DNA from: the human T2T-CHM13v2.0 reference genome, Homo sapiens
Assembly: GCF_009914755.1 (NCBI RefSeq)
Contig: NC_060936.1
Strand: one strand, 5' to 3'
Length of the DNA stretch: 64,000 nucleotides
In this document: piece after piece, positions 13,886 through 34,903 of the stretch
Layout of the letters: each line of letters opens with the position of its first letter
How positions within the stretch are numbered: the first letter of the stretch is position 1
Translations under genes and position numbers: made by a program
Notes under the pieces: model-generated
What the model was told of the DNA's origin: nothing
Seen by the model: the letters and a program-made list of their open reading frames with translations, nothing else
The model's database searches: none

Positions 13886-15334
13886 GACTCCCTTTCTCAG
13901 CCTCACACCACCGTCACATCTCAGATCCAGTTCCCAGTATGGGACGTCCAATTGGTGTTAAAGGGAGCAGGGAGCTTGGGAAGGGGCAGGGCAGAAGGCA
14001 CAGCATTTGTGAGTGTTAAACTCAGGAAGGCATGAACCTTCAAGCTCTCTTTTTTGGAGGCAGGCTTTAACACAAAGAAAAGAAAATGATGTGTAAAAAC
14101 ATACATCAATATCATTCATTTTCTTTTCTGATTATAAAAATAATACACATTCATTATAGATTTTTGAAAAACAGAAAGACCTCCAAATGGGGACAAAAGC
14201 ACCAATAATTGTATCTAGACATCTTGATGCAGTTCCTGCCAGTTTTTCTCCATGCAGACTTTAATTACTTTATGCAAATTTATTGTGTATGAATACTTTT
14301 TTAAGAAAATCTGATTTTTTGGCCACATAATATCACTATTTGTATGCACTGTAAGTTATAAAATGTTTCCATTATTAGACAATATAGGTGATTTCCATTA
14401 TTGCATAACTATAAATAACATAGCAGTGAACATCCTTATACAGAAATCTTGGTCTCCCACTCTAATTAGGTTTTTAAGATAGATTCTCAGAAGGGATAAG
14501 TGGAATCAACGGGCATGGATGTTTCAACATATTTGATACATAAAATCAAGTCAAATTGCTCTGCAGAAAAGCCACATCGATTAGACAGTGTGTTCAGCCA
14601 CGTGGTAGGAGAGGCCTTTATTAATGCACTTTCACCAACATTGAGTTTTTAATCTGTGCTAATTTGACTGGTAAAATGACAGATCGAAAGTCACATTTTC
14701 AGTTTATGTGTACAAAAGTTATTATATATAGCTCAGTTTGCTCATAAAATTAACATATTTGGGCCATTTAGAAAGCCATAAAATGAGTCACTGAATACCA
14801 AAAGTGACTTCAAAGAGCATGGAATATACTGAAGGCGAAATTGTTTGCCCAGGCCACTCTGTAGTGATGAACTCAGGACTAAAACCCAAGAATTCTATTT
14901 CCCATCCCAGCGTTCCTAAGAAGAGATTTTTAGTAAGATAGAACCTGCTTTAAAATGCAGAAAGAATGGAGAGGCGGAGGAGACTTTTAACTGTGGTTTG
15001 ATAAAGCTGTTTTCCTCACTAATTTTTCAATGCTTTCACACTGTCCGAGGCTGGTGGTCCTGACATCTGGCAGCTTTTTAACCTTAACTTTTGGAGGGGA
15101 AAAGTCAAGAAATACAAAGTTGTTTCAGAATTAACCAAAGCAAAGTATCACTAGGAAGCTCAGTCCATTCCGAAGATATCTCAAGAGACCATCTATAATA
15201 AAATATAAATGACTCCTCGTGGTCTCTACCCGAGTTGTCTGTGATTCATTCATGGTGAGAACATGAAGGTATAAAGGCCACAACTAAAGATTTTGCTTGT
15301 TACCACGCCTTTAAAACTTCCTTTTTAATTTTTT

Positions 15335-15892
15335 ACATGCAATTCTCAATTCTTCCCAATGAGAGAAAGGATCTTTGTCCCCTCCCCTTGAATCTGGGCA
15401 GGTTTGTGACTGCTTTGACCAATAGAGTATGGAAGTGGTGCTATGTGATTTCCGAGTCTAGGTGATAAAAGGCAATGCATCTTCCTCCTTCTCTTTTGGG
15501 AACACTTGTTCTTGGAGATATTAGCCAACCTGTGAGAAGCACCAATACCCTGAGGCCATTATGAGGAAGTTCACACCACAGAGAGAGACCCTGAGTAGAT
15601 GTGCTGATTTACAGTTCCAGCTGAATGCAGCCTTTGAATCACCCCAGCCCAGGTGCCAAACATGTGAGAGAAGAAGCTTCCAGATCATTCCAGTCCCCAG
15701 CCATCTGAGTCAACTTCAGCCTTTGTGTCTGCCCAGTGAATGCCTCAGACATCATGAAGCAGAAGCAAGTCATCCTTACTGTGCTCTGTCTGAATTCCTG
15801 ACTCACACAATTAATGAGCATAATAAAATGATTGTTGTTTTATACTCCTGTGTTCTGGGGCATTTGTTGTGCAGCAAAAAAGAGGTGAAATA
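15335..15892 (+). mobile_element. MLT1 (F/G/H-like) MaLR LTR
   Basis: cctccccttgaatctgggcaggtttgtgactgctttgaccaatagagtatgg...aataaaatgattgttgtttta is typical of MLT1. Confidence 0.7.
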
Positions 15893-16826
15893 GATCATGT
15901 CTCACTGGATTACTCTCCACTTTTTCATTTCCTTACTCAACTTGTGGGCTACCAGTGTCCCCATCATTCTTCCCAGAATCTCTGTGGATTGGATCAGTGC
16001 ATCCATATAATATATACAATATATAATATTAATGTGTTTCATGGTTGCATTGAAAAAGAGACTTGAAAGTCACCTAGAACACATGAAAGGACCTAGAAAT
16101 GGATTTTCCTGTTGGCATTAAAATGTCTGAGATGTTTTCTCTGCTCTGTATTTTTCCTCTACTTCCTAACCTTGCTCATAATTCGTACCCACATCTCTGA
16201 TGTAAAGCATTTCCAGAAACTTCCCATACTTAACCTAAACAGCCAACAGAGGTCAATTTCATTTAAAATAACAAAAATAAGCTATGTTGAGTTGTATGTT
16301 AAGCAGTTTGCTTACATTGATTTAGCATCTTGATTGTATGAGGTAAGTCATATTAACATATTTTGCTGAAGAGGAAACTGTGGTTTGGAGTTGTAAGGTA
16401 ACACAGCCTCTAAATGGTACAGCCAGGATTTGAACCCAGGGTCAAAGGACCCCAAACCCAGATTTTAACCTCTACACTGGTAGCTTACAAGCTTTTGGTC
16501 TACACCCCATGGTAAGAAATGCATCTTACATCATGGCCAATAAATACCCACATATATATAACTGAAATAAAAGTATCAGGAAACAAGAAACATCTTGACA
16601 TGTATATAGCACATTGACCTCTCTATTTTTCCATTCTATTTCTCTTTCTTAAAAATGTAGATAGTAACCCACGAAATCGATTGTATAACCTGCTGCAAAT
16701 TGATCACAACACAGAGACTTTAAACATTCACTTCACTACCTTTTCCCATTTGACTTAAAATCTGAGAGGTCATTACCTCAAAACTCTTTTCTTCTTATAA
16801 ACTGAAGGTCACTACCTACAGGTTAA

Positions 16827-17158
<332 letters not shown>

Positions 17159-19188
17159 ACAACTCAATTTTTAAAATTAGAAACAAGCCTTAAAATCTCT
17201 ATTCACAAATTCTAATATGAGACTATTTAATAAAAAGCCCTATTTGGTACATTTAGCAAACAATAAAATTGATACCTCAATTATATTTTATATTCAGTTG
17301 TTGGACAGAACAACCCTGGCCACAGCCCTCACCAGGCTCACAGCTCAGGACACTGCCTGCCCTCCTTGCTCTAGATTTTCTGACCATCAGCTGACCAAAG
17401 AATTGTGATATGGCAGAGCATGAGAAAATTAGCTGGCCCAATCTCAGCACTTAGAATGATGGGAAAATAAGCCAAAGAATTGTGAGAGTAGAACTAAAAG
17501 TGCACAAGACAGCACTGGAGATGGAAAGGCCATAGCAATTATAGACAAACCACAATGATAAAGGAACAGAAGAAGCCATGTGGAAGGGAAAAAAGAATGG
17601 AACACACATTCAGAGAGAAGCAGGGAGAGGCCCTGTACCCATGGGGAAGACGGAGTCAAAGAGAAGCTCATCTCTTGCATGGCAGCAGGTCCTGGTGGCT
17701 TTTTGGTTCCAATTCCAGGGCACACATATTCAAAATGAAGATATATCTTTCTTTCTGGAGGAGATTTGCAGGGCTTTTAGTTCTGCATCATCCAAAGATC
17801 CTTAATTAAAATGGATGCCCAAAATATTCTCATGCTATAAATCTCAGAGGAAGGCAGTGTGAGACAGACACAGAGTCAGATGAGAGACAGAACTTCATAG
17901 TGGGTATCTGCATGCTTTTGCCTTTTAGAACATTAGAAATAATAATTACAATGCCATTTCTTTGATTAATACAGTACTTTACAGTTGACAAAATAATGAC
18001 ACATAATCATCTGTAAAATGGAAATAATAATTATAATAGTACCTGCCTCCTATTTTTGTTATGAAGATGAAATGAGTCAACACATGTAATCCTTAAGATT
18101 AGTGCCTCCCATATAGTGGATGCTAAACCAATAGGCTTTGATCCTATGATAATACTGTGACATGGACAGGTATTGCAGAGCCATTTGATAGGTGAAGAAA
18201 CAGATAGTCAGAGAGACCCCAGGCCATGCTAAAAGCTACACAGCCAGTAAGTGGCAACTACAGTCCTCAGGCTTCTTATCTATCCATTAATTCCACAGAT
18301 ATTCATGGAGTGCCAGTCTCACTCCATACAGTGAATGTGACAGGTGCAATTTCTGCCCTACAAAACTCACAGTCCAATGCTCTTTCCCAAGTTTTACCAT
18401 GTTTCTATAGTACAGGCATCAGCTAGACAATTGTTATTTGTTTTATGCCTTGCAAATGAGATTAGTCTAATAAAGAGCCACAAAACCACATGCATTTTCC
18501 AGTGTCTTGAAAACATAGAGTTGGTACCAGTCTCCTGAGCTCACTCCCAATCCCTGTATTATAATTAATACTATGGGGAATTGGGAATGCCATATTGTAT
18601 TTCTTTGTATAATTATCTTTCCCCATGCCTCAACCCAAGACTCTCAGCTCCCTGAGGGCAGAAACTATCCTCTGAGTAGCACAGAGGATGTGCATAATAA
18701 ATACTGGTTAATTTTAAATGAATAAAAAGGATATCATATCAGTGCAGATGTTTTGATTTTTCTTAATACTCAGATTAGTCTTAGTTTTTAATGCCACTGA
18801 GAGGTTTTTATTCCCTGAGTTTTGACGGGGTTTTGGTTCATTGTTTAGAGTACATCACCATCCACCACCCCATCCCATGGTGGTTTTTCAGTTTTAGAAG
18901 TGGAAAAAGCTCAATGGGACCTGAAGTAGGCAGCCAGAAACTAAAATTGTTTCCACAACCACCACCAATAACACTTTCATGCCTTTCCTAAGCCCTAAGC
19001 TCTAGGAAGGCAGACACAAAAAAGTAAAGGAGTAAAGAGAAGAGAAAGTGAAGGGGAAGAAAAAGTTGGAAAACAGCACCAGTCAGACATGACAAAGTAG
19101 AATTAAAATTACCAAAACGGAAAATTGTAGAGTGCCATTTGACCCTCTCTTCATTCCTACCAGATCAGAAAGAGAGTCTGGCTGATTG

Positions 19189-19255
19189 AATATATATATA
19201 TATATTCTTGATCTCTGTCTCTATGTATGCCTGTATGTATGTATACATGTATGTA

Positions 19256-19286
<31 letters not shown>
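19189..19286. repeat. Compound microsatellite (AT)n/(TATG)n/(TG)n
   Basis: Read directly. Confidence 0.9.
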
Positions 19287-21854
19287 ATAAAATACATCAA
19301 GAATGATCAAGAATAATTCATCAAAAATCCATGTGGAACACTTTGGAGTCTTTTATTAAAAGTAAACCTTTTTCTAAAGAACCATGATAAGTTTGTAAAT
19401 GTAAAATTAGTCATGCTCAAATAAATCTATCAACCAGAAACATAGCTCTGGCTTTTAAATCAAGCCACCACTTTTGATTAATTAAATCTTACCCAAAGTA
19501 GATTTTCCTTTATTATTAATGTATTTCATTCATATCAATTCAGAGTAGAGCAATTTTGAAATCAAAATAAATTTTTACCAAAGCCAGGGTTTACAAAATC
19601 AACAGTGCTACATGTTCATGGGTTCTGCCTTCATGAACTGTGGGAGAAGGAAAGGTAGCTGGATTTTGAAACTTCACAAAATTCTAAACATCAAATATTG
19701 GGAATTAGCAGTAAATAGACAAAGTTTTAGAGACCCTCAAGATAAATTTTCCAAAGTTAGGCTTCTCTCCTGGTTAACATAAGTCAAAGGATTCTCTGAA
19801 AAAATACAGTAAATTTGAACTTTTGTGTGGCCTTTTTATTTGCATGTCTGTGTTTTAGCAAGCACCCTGGAATGGCAAATGCTTCCTCATTGGTGGAACC
19901 ATGTAGATTCAGAAAAAAGCCATCTTCCATTGAGAAGACAATTGTTTTCTATAGAGACAAAAAACAAATGCCCATGACCCAGGTCACCTCATCCCAGCAG
20001 GCTTTTGCCGCGGCTTCCTCTGAGCAAACACAACAAAGTCCAGAGCAGTCAATCCTGCTGCCCCACACTGGGCCCCCACAGTTGTGCTCTGCTATTTACC
20101 CTTCCTATTAATCTGTCAATGTTCTAGTCAAACATGCAAAACAATATGGTGGGCACATAGTTTGATTGGTCATTGCTAAGTAACTTGGACCAAAGATGAA
20201 GAAATGGAACTTCCAACCAACAAAATGTGAGGCCCAATCTGATTGTTAGAAAATGTTCAACAATACCAGTGCATGACAATTTTCTCAGGGTGGCTGTGAT
20301 TTAACATCTCTCTCACCGAAAAAGAGTGGTCCCAATAAATGACACTCAGTTCCAGAATCTAAATTCAGGTCATGTTGCTGTTCCTATCATTGCAGCATAG
20401 AACTGTCTGGGCATTTTGCAAAGGAAGATGTTCATTAGAAGATGTCATCATTCCACAGTGAAAAGACCGTTGAGGAATTTGGTTTGGTACACAAGTTGAG
20501 TCCCGGGCTAACAAAGTATTTTTTGAACTGAAAAACAAGAGTCCTTGGTTCAACACTTCCTGGATGCTGAAAAGTATAACTCTGTATTTCCAAAAGGCAA
20601 TCTGAATTATCAAACATTTTGAGCAAATTTAATAGCTTATATTCTTATTTCACTTTCCTCCTTTTCTGCTAGGCCAGATGAAGCCTCAGAATCTTTCTCA
20701 ACACAAAGCTGTGGGTAGCCACCTTTATTCTCCTGGGATTAACATGAAAGATGGGGCCTGTTTGTCATTCCAGCCCTAGACCCTCAAGTGAACATATTCA
20801 AGTACAAGATGTACAGATGAGCAACAACTGTCCAAGAAACACCTTTTTAGAAATACAGAGTGTGCATTTCCTTGCTGTGTGTTTTCAGAAAGCAGGAAGT
20901 ATGGAAAGAGTAAGTGGCTAGGATGTCAGAGCATACAGCAAATTTAAAGAAAACATAGATAATGAAAGCAGGCTGATGTGGGGTAAAATCCCCACCATTC
21001 ACTAGCTATTTACAAGGTATTTGTCCTGCGGAAAATAACAGCTCTGAGACATGTTTGTTCATATATAAAATGGAGAAAATGAGACCACATACTATATAAG
21101 TCAGGACATCTGACTCCTGTCCCTGATCCATTCCCTCTGTCCACTTCGCCACAGACCACAAGCAGCTCCAGGCTATATCCTTGCCATTTTTGGACCCAAG
21201 AGGAAAAGAAACTCTCTCTTCCCATAATGAGTCCAAAAACTGAGAGGAAGAACTCTGGCTTGATATGGATTACGTGTTAACTATTGGATTCCCACTAAAG
21301 GATTCTGATTGGTCCAGACTGGTTCATATATCCATCCTGATAGCCAAGAGGCCAAAGGATTGTGCTTGGGCTGTTTCCAAAACCACTTGGTGGGAATGGA
21401 GAGAAGCAGTTTCCTAAAAGAAGTGTTGTGTAAGGGGGATACTTTTCTTGGGCAGACAAAAGAGTAAATGTGTACTTTATGACCTCATGGAGTGAGAAGA
21501 TTAAATAATGTAAAGAACTTACTAATGGCACATAGCAAGTTGTCCATAAATGCTAGCAAAGATGATGCTAATTTTCTTCATCACTATTATTATCAATCCC
21601 TACTGCAAAATAATACAATCAATAGTAGGGTATTTACAGAAGGATACTTAATATATCACATTGAGTATTACTTACTGATGTCAGTTGTAAATCTGGCTAC
21701 TCATATAGCACTCTTAGTGAAATAACAAAGTACAATGGCCATAGATTTCATACTTCAATTTGAATTCAACTCATAATTCAAATTATAGAGATTTCACTGT
21801 GATCCAGCTTACTGAAAAAAAAATGTGATGTTAAGGGATGAAATTTAAAAATTG

Positions 21855-22235
21855 ATTCATTCATGCATCATAGCTCTTATGTACCAGACACTGAGCTAGA
21901 CCCTGAGTAACACAGGGGAACAAAGCTGGCCAAGTTTCTACCCTAAAGGAGCTTACTTTTCAGAAGTGGAGCCACAGAGGAGTGGGAAGTGTTATGAAGA
22001 AAAACAATACATGGTAAGATTAGAAAGCACAGGATAGATTTTAGGTGTAGTGGTCATGGCAGGACCTCTGGGCAGAGATATGAACAAAGTATTGGAGTAA
22101 GCCATAAGAATCTCTCGGTGAAAGTGTTCTACTCCAAGAGAAGAGTAAGTGAGCACCAAGTCTGGAGGGTGGGTGGTAATGTGGCCACAGTAAAGTAAGC
22201 AGGGGAAGGGGACAGGAATTTAGAGAGCTTGCCCA
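21855..22235 (+). mobile_element. L2 fragment
   Basis: Begins attcattcat...gtaccagacactgagctag, typical text of an L2 3' end. Approximate; orientation not verified. Confidence 0.45.
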
Positions 22236-22239
22236 CATT

Positions 22240-22712
22240 CCTGGCCAGATGTTCATGTCCTAATGCCTAGAACCTGTGAACATTACCTTAGGTGGCAAAA
22301 GGAACGTTGCAAATGTGATTAAGAACCTTGAGAAAGGGAGATGATCCTGGATTATCCAGGATCCAGTATAATATAATCCAATATAATGGTTGAAGAGGGA
22401 GGCAGAAGAGGAGGTTGGAATGATGTGATGTGAGGAAGACTGAACCCTCTGTAACTTGCTTTGAAGATGGAGTAAAAGCAACAGGAGTCAAGGAATTCAG
22501 ACAGCCTTCAGAAGCTGGAAAGGGAAGGAAACAGAATCTCCTCTAAAGTCTATAGAAAGGAATGAAACCTTGCCAACGCCTAGATTTTAACCCAGTGAGC
22601 CCTGTTTCAGACTTCTGAACCTACAGAACTAAGTGGAAGATAGTACACTTGTACTGTTTTAAGCCACTAAGTTTGTGGTAACTTGTTACAGCAGCAACAG
22701 AGAACTAATACA
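22240..22712 (+). mobile_element. MLT1D-like MaLR LTR
   Basis: catgtcctaatgcctagaacctgtgaacattacc...ttaagccactaagtttgtggtaacttgttacagcagcaacagagaactaataca. Confidence 0.8.
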
Positions 22713-23111
22713 GAATCATTCTTACCATTACCAGAGCATTTGTAGTTTTTTATATGTCAGTGAAAAGTTTGTCTTCAGTTAAAAGCCCAGGCTTGTGCAA
22801 CTTCTTAGGAACAATACCAGCAGCTTTAAAGTGAGCACATGTGCCTCAATCCTAATGGTGTGGGGTTACCTTAGTAACATAAGAAATAAATAATAGCAAA
22901 GACAACACATTTCTAAGTTTTCCTAGCATAAATGTAATGTGTCCCTAATAGTGGGAAAAAAATAATTTATGAAGGCATTTAAAATTATGCTATAATTTAC
23001 AATGATGTGAGTATGGATAAATATGGAAACTAAGAGGATTATCTAAAATATAATATCAATGACACTGAATCAAGAATCACAATTAGTGGCTGAAATGGAG
23101 CAAACCTATTA

Positions 23112-23252
<141 letters not shown>

Positions 23253-23388
23253 CTATAAACAAAGAATGGAGAAAGAAGAGCAGGTTTACAATGATGCAAT
23301 GATAATATTAGAGAAAAAAATGACATCTTTAAGAGCCAGAATCATCCTATCCATGAACATAGTATTTCTTGCCAGTGACTTTCAATAA

Positions 23389-23490
23389 TTTTTTTTTTTT
23401 TTTTTTTTTGGTGGAGACAGGGTCACATTATGTTGCCCAGGCTGGTCTTGAACTACTCCTGGACTCAAGCAATACTCGCACCTTGGCCTC
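23389..23490 (-). mobile_element. Truncated Alu monomer (FLAM/AluJ left arm)
   Basis: Poly-T then gagacagggtcacattatgttgcccaggctggtcttgaact...ggactcaagcaat. Confidence 0.8.
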
Positions 23491-23494
23491 AATA

Positions 23495-26400
23495 AAATTC
23501 TATACTTTTCTGCATAAAGTTCTTGATCATCTATTGCAAGATATAATCCTAGGTGGTGCTTGCTTTGGTTGGCTGGTTGGTTGGGGGAAGTGGGGGTTGC
23601 ACTGTAATGATGTCTTTTAAATCATCTTTCTAATCATTTCCAAAGTATAGACATGCAATTTAATTTTATACATTGTTTTAAAACAGCAAGCTAGTTAATT
23701 CCAAAAAATATGTCTGTTGATTATTTGGGGATTTTGATGTGAACAATTGTATCACCTAGTAATAGTAATGGCTTTGTTCCTTTTTATTCAAATTTTTGAA
23801 CTTTGAGTTTTCGTCTTATTGCACTAGTTTACATCTCTAAAACATATAGCTTAGGTCCTCAAGAAGCAAATAAAACTTAGGCCCTCATTTGCACAGGCCC
23901 CTGTGAGTTTCAGGAGTTATTAGGATTTGCAGAGTATTCTAGGTATAGAAAGGGAAGCCTAGTGAAATTGGGAAGCATTTCCAATAAATTGTTTTAAAAG
24001 ATCTCAGAATAGAAAGACCTAATCTCTAAGTCTCCAATATTCTTTGTGCATTCTTCCTTATATCAATTTTAATACATAATTTCTTATTTGTAGTTCTGAG
24101 GCTTGAGTTTTGAGATAGTTCAATCAATAGGAAGTTAAGGCAAGGAATATTGGTTACAGAGGTGTTAAAGGGTTGAAAAAGAAAAGAAGACTAGGTGTGG
24201 AGTTGCAAAAAATAAGAGGAGGTGATATCAACAGGTCAGTAAATACTAACACTCATGAATCAGAGCCCCCAAAATAGTATAAGTTTCAGTCTTCACAGAA
24301 GTTGGATATGCTTGGTTGTTCCTGATGTTAACAGAAATTCATACATTTCCCCATCAAGTATGATATTTGTCATATTTTAATATTTTTGTAGATGTCTTTA
24401 TCAAGTAAATTTTTCTTCTATTCCTAGTTTGTAGAAGTTTTTGGTTTTAAATTAGAGACAGATAGTAAATTCTATTAACTATCTCCTCTGCAGCTGTTAA
24501 GAAGATTGTATATTTCCTTTCAATGATGCTGAAGTGATGCTACATTAACAAAATTTCCAATATTAAATGAACCAGGCATTCATGAGATAAAAAACAACGC
24601 AGTCATAACGTATTTTATTTTTAGTACAGTGCTGGATGGTGCTAAATTTTGTTTGTTAATATTTTATTTTGTTTTCTTCTTCAATGATCACAAGTGAAAT
24701 TGCCTTTTTCCACTTTATAATGTCCTTACCTTATTTTAGTGTCAAAGTTATGCTAGCTGCAAAACATTTGGAGAATATTCTCTTTTTCTAACCACTGATA
24801 GTTTGTATAGGATTTAAATTACTTGCCCCTTAAATATCTGAATAACTATATTGGTAAAAATCTCCTTATTCTGATGTTATCTTTGTGGGAAAAATTTAAA
24901 CTATTAATTCAATTTATTTAATGATTATAGGGTTATTTATATTTTCTATTTCTTTTTGTGTCAGTTTTAGTAAACTGCATTTTTCAAATAAATTATTTTA
25001 TTTCCTAGATTTCCAGATTCATTGACTTTAAAACATATGTAATACACACATATTTTTATCTATTCAGCATAAACAATTCTATTCCATTATGTCCCTGTTT
25101 TAATTCTTAATGTTATTTATAATGCATTTCTCATTTTTCTATTGACAAATATTGCCACAGTCTTGTCAATTTTATTAATTTTTTCAAAGCACAAACTTTT
25201 ATATTTGTGGATTCTTTTTATATGTTTATTTTCTAATTCATTCATTTTTCTCTGTGGGGGGTGTTTGTTTTAAATTATTTATTCTCTTTCCTATACATTT
25301 TGGGGGCTTATTCTGCTATTCTTGTGTTTTTAATTCACTGTTTAGTCTTCTTTTCTAATGTATTTAAATAAGTGTATTTTCTTCTAATACTACTTTCCCT
25401 GCCTCCAATGTTTTGAAATATAATGCTTTTATTATCTCTCATTTCTAATGCTTTTGAATTTGCATTTTGATTCGTTAACCCATATGTTGTTTAAATGTAT
25501 GCTATTTCCCAATTATCTTTTTGCTATTAATTTTTAAATTGGTTACATTTTGATTCAAAAATAAGATTTGTTTGATATCAATTCTCTGAAATTTATTGAG
25601 AATTTTATAGTCTCCATGTAGCCAATTTTAATAAATATTTCATATGTGCTTAGATTCAATATTTTTGAATTATTGGATGTAATCTATAACTGTTCATTAG
25701 ATCAAGCCTATTAATTATGTTCAAATCATCTATATCCCTTGATTTTTTATCTGCTTCATCTGTTAATTACTGACAGAGATATATTAAAATCTCCCACTAA
25801 TGTATTGGGTCTTTCTATTTTTTTCTGTAGTTCAGTCAATTTTTATAATTTTGAGAGTTTATAATTAGCTGCATTAAAGTTTAGAGTTATATCTTCTTAA
25901 TAAATCATTTTATTATATAGCTTTCTTCTTTATCTCTACCAATTTTTTTCCTTAGACAGTCTTTAGTATGATGTTAATATAGCTATAGCAGTTTTCTTGT
26001 TAGTTTTGCTAACACAGTAAAACCTATGCCATAGTGTGATAAGTAATGTCCAAAAATAAAACATGGGTTTATGTATGTGGCTGAAGAAATATTTTTAGTT
26101 ACTCTGTTCTATCATGAAAAAATCCCAAAAGTAAATAAGGAAAAACTTGTCCTCTAAGAAACTGAAGAAATGTATACCATACAGGAAAAGTCTTAAATGA
26201 TCAAGAGTCTGTCACATCCTAATCCTACTCATCTCTCAACAGAAGAAAATAAATCTAGCCTGTCCCTATTTAAAAGTAAAGGGAAGGACAGAAGTCGAAT
26301 GCTGAAGACATTCTTTCTAAATTCTTTTTTTATTGGTATTTTTGTGGGCTACAATTTCCTGGGGGTTTACTACATATTTTTTTCCATACTTGAACTTTTA

Positions 26401-28432
26401 ACATTTTTGTTCCTTATGGTTTGGGGTGTGTTTTCTAAAATCAACATAAAGCGAGTTACTTTAAAAAAAAAATACCGTCTGACAACCTTAACTAAGAAGT
26501 TTAGCCCTTTTCTGTTTATTGTGATAATGGATATATTTGGACTTAATTTCTACCATCTTGTATGTGCTTTCTACTTATCTACGTGTCCTGGTTCTTCTGT
26601 TTTTTGTTTGGGTTTTTTTTTTCCCTACACTTTTAGAATTGACTAAATTATTTTTTCTTTTTCTTTTTCTAGTTTCTCCCCTCTACGTCTTGGAAGTTAT
26701 TCATACAATTTTACCTTTATAATAAAACATGTATACTAACTTACAATCTAAGTATTTTATAAATTTAACACTCTTGTAAATAAAACAAGGTTCTTTAACA
26801 TGGACCACCCACTGCCAAATTCAAAGCTGTTGTTGTCCAATATTTTAGCTGCCTAAATTGCTGTTCTTTTCCCCCACAAGTTAGACGTCACTATTATTGT
26901 TCTAATTTTTTGCAGTCAACTATTATTTTGATTTATGCACATACTTATCAATATGTTTCATAATCAGCCTTTTTTGCATCTCAAATCTGTCTGGGATTAC
27001 ATTTTTCCTTCTTAAGGAAAATCCTTTACAATCACCTTTAGTGAGGGTCTACTGGTGGTAAACTCTCAGGTCTGTTTGGAAACGTCTTTATTTTATCCTT
27101 GCACTTGAATATAGTTTTGCTGGGTGTGCAGTTCTAGGTTGACAATTATTTTCTCTCAGTCCACTTAAGGTATTATTCCACCATCTTATAGTTTTCATTA
27201 TTTCTGTTGTAAAGATAGTAGTCAGTCTGTTGCCAATGCCTATTCTCTACAGTGTTTTGGGTTTTGTTTTGCATTTTGCTTTATTTTGTTTTGTTTCTAG
27301 TCTTCTCGCTTGTCCCTTCTGTGGCTTAAGATCTTTTGTGTGTATATGAATGTGGATTTTTAGTTTCATTTTCATGAATCTAGATGTGAATTGTTTTTTA
27401 TGCGTACTGTCTGTGATTTGCTGGACTTCCTGTATGTTAGGATATATATCTTTGAATAATTCTGAGAAGGGTTTCAGTCGTTATCTCCTTAAATATTACC
27501 TCTCAACTTATGTTTCTATTATCCTTATGGAATTCTGATTAAATTTGTTAGACCTTTTTCTCTATTTTCCATGTCTTTTCACTTATTCTTTTTGTTTATT
27601 TTTTCTTTTTTGTCTCCCATCTTTCTAGCCACTGGATAATCTCTTTAGATTTACATTCCAGTTCATTAAACTCTTCTTCAGGTTCTTCTTATCTACTATT
27701 TAACTTGCCTATTGAATTTTTAATTTAAATATATTTCTATAAGTTTATTTTTACAATATGACTGATTTTACTTTATGCATCTGTTTCTTGCTTATAGTTT
27801 TGAACTTATTTTTCCTCTCAATATAGTAAATATACTTAATTTCATATAATATCAAAAATCTATGCAGGTCTAAAATTGGTGTCTGTTATTTCTGTTGTCT
27901 CTCAGACTACCTCTTTGCTTGTGGGTATTGTGATTTTGGACAGTGAGCTTCTCATTTTAGTTTGAACCTTATATGTAAAATTCCAAGCACCAAGAGTGAA
28001 CTCTAATGTGAACTATGGATTTTGGGTGATGATGCGTGTAGGTTAATCAGTTGTAGCAAACGTACCACTTGGATTGGGTTGTTGATAATGGGGAACACTG
28101 TACATGTGTAGGGGCATAGCGTATAAGGGGTATGTGTCTACTCTACTCTCAATTTTGTTGTGAACCTAAAACAGCTCTAAAAAAATAAAAAATTTAAGAA
28201 AATTCTCGAAGGCCTGTGTTTAACTCACAGTTTCCCAGAAAGGATCCAGCCTCAGGCCATTTTAAATTAAATTCTCCAGTTGAAATTTTTTTTCAGACCC
28301 TCAAAAACATGGCATAAGGACTCAAGCATTTATGAGAGCTGGCTTGTAGTTACGAAAATTATGGTTACGATTTTTCTTCACCCCTCCCACAGTAAAAGTT
28401 GAATCAAGCAGCCGTTTTTTTGCTGAATTTTT
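23495..28432 (-). mobile_element. Highly decayed old L1M fragments (continuing at ~34920-36130)
   Basis: T-rich sequence with degenerate L1 ORF2-antisense motifs (atattaaaatctcccacta, tgctgggtgtgcagttctaggttgaca). Includes a plus-strand L1MC-like 3' end at ~27990-28200. Confidence 0.55.
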
Positions 28433-28448
28433 TATGTCAGGTTTATGT

Positions 28449-34903
<6,455 letters not shown>

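Noticed and set aside
26197-26646. 149-aa hydrophobic ORF as a membrane protein
   Set aside because: Lies in T-rich decayed L1 antisense sequence. The F/L/I bias is compositional.
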